This document shows positions 60,402 to 64,000 of a stretch of DNA of 64,000 nucleotides, piece after piece; within the stretch, counting starts at the first letter, position 1, and each line of letters opens with the position of its first letter. The translations under genes and the position numbers were made by a program. The notes under the pieces are model-generated. The model saw only the letters and a program-made list of their open reading frames with translations. It searched no databases and was not told the origin of the DNA. The DNA is from an uncultured Candidatus Sumerlaeota bacterium (GTDB lineage Bacteria > Sumerlaeota > Sumerlaeia > SLMS01), in NCBI GenBank assembly GCA_964437365.1, contig CAYTGM010000002.1, positions 130,212 through 194,211 of the forward strand. Reading direction: 5' to 3'.

Positions 60402-61880
60402 CTAGACCCCTTTAATTTCAGCAGACTCTGCGCCTTTGGGTTCATCCACAGCACCCATGCGGTTCATGACTTTCGAGCTTCTTCTTGGACGACCGTCAAC
60501 ATACATCCCCGTGAAGCACGTTGTGCAGTACCCGAGAGTTTTCGGCATAGCGTTCATCAGCCCTTCGATGCTCGCGAATCCTATCGAGTCGACACTGAGA
60601 TAATCCCGCATTCCCGCTATATCAAAGTTATTGGCGAAAAGCTTCTCTTCATCCGGTGTGTCTATGCCATAGAAGCAGGGGTGCTTCCATGGAGGAGCCG
60701 TAACGCGAAAGTGTACTTCACGAGCCCCACTCTCTCTCAGCATTCTCACGATCTTTTTCGCAGTCGTGCCTCGCACAATCGAATCATCCACAACAATGAC
60801 ACGCTTGTCCTTCAAGACCTCCTTGACCGGATTGTATTTCATTTTGGCGCCGAAATCACGCATGTCCTGAGAGGGTTGAATGAAGGTTCTTCCGACATAG
60901 TGTGAACGGACGAGACCGATCTCAAGAGGGATCCCTGCCTCCCGTGCGTAACCATTGGCAGCAGCATTGGAAGAATCCGGGACGGAGATGACCACATCCG
61001 CATCCACCGGATGCTCACGGGCAAGTTCTTCCCCAAGTCTTTTGCGGAACGTATAGATACTGCTTCCCGCTGCGTGGCTGTCCGGGCGCGAATAATAAAT
61101 CAATTCAAAAACGCAGAAACTCTGTTCTGGAGAGTCCAGCAGCTCAATCTTTTCAACATTTCCATCTTTGAACGCGACAACTTCCCCAGGTTTGAGCTCT
61201 CTCAGAAAAGTTGCGCCAAGAATATCCAGACCGCATGATTCAGAGGCAACAACCCAACCGCCACCGGGAAGCGAGCCCAGGCAGAGTGGACGAAAGCCGC
61301 GCGGATCTTTAATCGCATATAGATCACCATCATGAAGCAACGTCATGGAGAAAGCCCCACGAAGACGCTTCAGTGCGGTTTGCAGAATATCAAGAAAACC
61401 GTTCGCTCGGTTTTGAGCGATGAGATGGATGAGGAGTTCACTGTCGGTTGTTGATTGGAAAATCGCGCCATTTGCTTCCAGGTTCCTGGCGAGCTCGTCC
61501 GCATTGGTCAAGTTGCCGTTGTGGGCGACTGCCAGATGCCCACCGCGGTAGTTACCGACCAGAGGCTGAGCATTACTTGCAGCATTCAAACCGGTTGTCG
61601 AATATCGAACGTGACCGATCGCTACATTGCCTTTCAGCTTTTCAAGCTTCTTTTCATTGAAGACTTCTGAGACAAGTCCCTGCCCTTTGACGGTATTAAT
61701 CTGTGAGCCATCGTAGGCGGCGATCCCGGCACTTTCCTGGCCACGGTGCTGCATTGCATACAGAGCCATGTAACAAAGCTTTGCGGCTTCCGGGTGGTCA
61801 TAGACACCAACCACGCCACAGCCTTCCGGGGGTCTTTGAGCAATGTCCTCGGCGGTAAAGACCCGTGTCATGTCTGACAT
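60402..61880 (-). CDS. purF: Amidophosphoribosyltransferase
   Basis: 492 aa. N-terminal Ntn-Cys (…GCGVVGVY), a PRTase motif (VVDDSIVRGTT) and C-terminal Fe-S cysteines. Confidence 0.9.
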   Translation of the reverse strand: MSDMTRVFTAEDIAQRPPEGCGVVGVYDHPEAAKLCYMALYAMQHRGQESAGIAAYDGSQINTVKGQGLVSEVFNEKKLEKLKGNVAIGHVRYSTTGLNAASNAQPLVGNYRGGHLAVAHNGNLTNADELARNLEANGAIFQSTTDSELLIHLIAQNRANGFLDILQTALKRLRGAFSMTLLHDGDLYAIKDPRGFRPLCLGSLPGGGWVVASESCGLDILGATFLRELKPGEVVAFKDGNVEKIELLDSPEQSFCVFELIYYSRPDSHAAGSSIYTFRKRLGEELAREHPVDADVVISVPDSSNAAANGYAREAGIPLEIGLVRSHYVGRTFIQPSQDMRDFGAKMKYNPVKEVLKDKRVIVVDDSIVRGTTAKKIVRMLRESGAREVHFRVTAPPWKHPCFYGIDTPDEEKLFANNFDIAGMRDYLSVDSIGFASIEGLMNAMPKTLGYCTTCFTGMYVDGRPRRSSKVMNRMGAVDEPKGAESAEIKGV

Positions 61881-62032
61881 AAAACTGCGCTTTCTATTTC
61901 AAGAGAATCAAAAACTTTAAGCGGTCTCAGACACCGCTACTCGTTCATGACTTGTTACTCAACATGCCGTGCCCCCTCGCCGCAAGAGAGGATTTGCATC
62001 CTTTTAAATTTGCCTGATTTAGCCTTTGACCA

Positions 62033-63592
62033 TTAAAGAAATGCGTAAAGAACCTGGGTTGCAGCACCGACGATGATTCCAATTACTCCGCCCAGTCGAA
62101 CAATTCCCGAAAGCTCTCTTTTGCTGACTCTTTTGATAGTTTCTTCCAACCGATCCGTATCAAAAGAACGAATCTTCTCAGTGACAATCGACTCGACATG
62201 CATCTGTTTGTGGAGAACTTCGGGAATAAAACCCTTTGCTCTCTTTTCCAGATAGTCACCAGCAATGTTCCCCGCGATATCCCACTCGCGCTCAGGAATG
62301 AGCTCAAGAAGTTGAGCTGCGGGGCGATTCTCCACTAGCTCTGAAATGAAATGACGGACTGAAGATCGAATCCAATTCTTTCCCTGATCAGTCTCCAGTA
62401 AGCCTGTAAGTCTGCTGCCTGCAAGCTGTACAAGCTCGCTCCCCGCACTCTCCTCAGATTCGCAGAAAGACCGGATGCTTTGCGTGAAGAATGTTTCAAC
62501 CTGGTGGTCCCACATCTCGGCGTTCTTCTCTTCACTTAAAAATCTCAAGAGAGATTCCTGAACCGTTCCAGCCAGTTTTTCACGCTTCTCACCTCCCTCT
62601 TCACTCGACAGCTCATTAAGAAAGCCTTCCAGTCCTGAGAAAATCCCTCTATTGAGTTCCTCCCAGATTCTCTCACGAACCTCGTCACCTTCCATCAATG
62701 ACGCCGCTTCATTACAGATATCAGACCACTTTTGACGTAAAAGATCCATGATGACTTCATCATTAATAAACATGGTAGCCATTGGGAACTTCTGCGTGAT
62801 ATACAACTGGAGCTTGCCCGCAATACGACGTCTGATTCCCGGGGCAACCCCCTCATCCTGAAGAAATCCGATCAGCCCTTTTTGAATCTTACTGGTAAAC
62901 TGTGCGGCAGCGGTCCCGATCTCGTGCTCGAAGAGATCGAGGGAAATGATTCCCTCACCCTTTTCACTATCATGAAGCTTCGATAAAACATCCTCCAGAA
63001 GCTCTTTGAAACCTTCTGATGCGACCACCTGCCGAACGCTCTTACTGAGAAAGTTGCTGAAACGACCTTTCTCTTCTTTGGAGAGCCAGTTCCCGATGGG
63101 ACGTTCGTAACGATCTTGCAGCAGCTGCTTGAGCAACGAAGTCAGGCCCTCGTGGGTTCCAAGCTGACTCTTAATCAGATCTAGAATTCTCGACGATATA
63201 TCATCGGCGATAATCTCTTCCAGGCTTTCGATTACGTGGCGATGGTCAGGACCTACAACATCGATGAGAGGTTTATTCGAGTCCTTCAATCGGCTTTTCT
63301 CTTCAATGAGAAGGTCTCGGATGGGATCAGAAAGATTTATTTTGTCGAGATGCGTAAGAAGAGTTTCCTGATCCAGAAGATCATTTCCCACGGTGCGGCC
63401 GATCGCTTCCGCGAGGCGTTCCTGATTTTTCACGACAAGGCCCGGTGTCATGGGCAGTTGCAGTCCGAAAACATGCGCAGGCTTCTTAGGGTGAAACAGC
63501 ATCCATACGGCCAGCTGATTCGTCAAGTATCCGATCAGTCCTCCAACCAGGGCTCCTTTGCCTGCGATCAGTAGCAGTTCCTGTATTTCCAT
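62033..63592 (-). CDS. DUF445-family membrane protein (YheB/YjiN-like)
   Basis: 519 aa. TM helices at both termini (…LIGYLTNQLAVWMLFHP…; …GGVIGIIVGAATQVL) flanking a long helical region. Confidence 0.5.
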   Translation of the reverse strand: MEIQELLLIAGKGALVGGLIGYLTNQLAVWMLFHPKKPAHVFGLQLPMTPGLVVKNQERLAEAIGRTVGNDLLDQETLLTHLDKINLSDPIRDLLIEEKSRLKDSNKPLIDVVGPDHRHVIESLEEIIADDISSRILDLIKSQLGTHEGLTSLLKQLLQDRYERPIGNWLSKEEKGRFSNFLSKSVRQVVASEGFKELLEDVLSKLHDSEKGEGIISLDLFEHEIGTAAAQFTSKIQKGLIGFLQDEGVAPGIRRRIAGKLQLYITQKFPMATMFINDEVIMDLLRQKWSDICNEAASLMEGDEVRERIWEELNRGIFSGLEGFLNELSSEEGGEKREKLAGTVQESLLRFLSEEKNAEMWDHQVETFFTQSIRSFCESEESAGSELVQLAGSRLTGLLETDQGKNWIRSSVRHFISELVENRPAAQLLELIPEREWDIAGNIAGDYLEKRAKGFIPEVLHKQMHVESIVTEKIRSFDTDRLEETIKRVSKRELSGIVRLGGVIGIIVGAATQVLYAFL

Positions 63593-63596
63593 TGGC

Positions 63597-63965
63597 TTAG
63601 TCTATACCCAGCCTTTCCATGTCCTCCTCGTCGATATCGAGCACCCGTGCTACTTCTTCCTTTAAGGTTATCCAGACTTCCTCTTCGAGTGTTTGCCTGT
63701 CATGGCCGTGGAGAGACAGGTTTTCCCGGAAGAGCACGATCTTGAAAGGTCCCTTACCCTTATTTTGATCATCCTCCGTGAGCTCTGTATCTGTGAGGAC
63801 AACAAGAGGCATTGTCGGATCGAGTACAGGATCTGCCGAGAAAAGGAGGTTGTCAGGTGGGCGCATCTCAATCTCCACATGAAAATCCTCAAAGTTGGCA
63901 GACAATTCCTCGGGAAAATCATCAAACAAACGTGCAATCATTTTGATGAGTTCATCTTCTGACAA
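63597..63965 (-). CDS. Hypothetical acidic protein
   Basis: 122 aa ORF. Very acidic. No motif recognised. Confidence 0.3.
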   Translation of the reverse strand: MSEDELIKMIARLFDDFPEELSANFEDFHVEIEMRPPDNLLFSADPVLDPTMPLVVLTDTELTEDDQNKGKGPFKIVLFRENLSLHGHDRQTLEEEVWITLKEEVARVLDIDEEDMERLGID

Positions 63966-64000
63966 TTCTGTAGGAATAAAGTACTTCTCTTCGTCCAGCT

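Overview
This 64-kb window is a gene-dense bacterial chromosomal segment of roughly 50% GC. Its content (GspG-like pseudopilin, giant FG-GAP repeat secreted protein, many lipoproteins) suggests a PVC-group (Planctomycetota/Verrucomicrobiota-like) organism; that is an inference. Most of the window is housekeeping and is read with fair confidence:

- a type IV pilus pilMNOPQ operon;
- rsmE, a YdiJ-like FAD/Fe-S oxidoreductase, and groES-groEL with a clear terminator;
- rpmG;
- a LacI-regulated sugar ABC-transporter/GH1 beta-glucosidase locus;
- kdsC, lysA, moxR, a Kv-type K+ channel, ispG, rpmF-plsX, plsC, ldh, trpA;
- a pyrBCFE operon, purF and trpF.

The features worth a second look are:

- (a) an orphan CARF + HEPN (Csm6/Csx1-like) gene with no cas genes or CRISPR array in the window;
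- (b) a RadC-like JAB/JAMM domain fused to the N-terminus of a DinG-family Fe-S helicase;
- (c) directly downstream of (b), a frameshifted IS200/RAYT-like Y1 transposase;
- (d) next to (c), a 600-bp segment bounded by 27-bp inverted repeats that carries four tandem 116-122-bp repeats, each with a conserved hairpin, plus a (CCCCAAGG)4 microsatellite;
- (e) a 4-kb cluster of uncharacterised lipoprotein/secreted genes;
- (f) a 5'-nucleotidase split into two order-permuted genes.

No rRNA or tRNA, and no bona fide CRISPR array, could be supported. All domain calls rest on motif recognition by eye, not on database searches.
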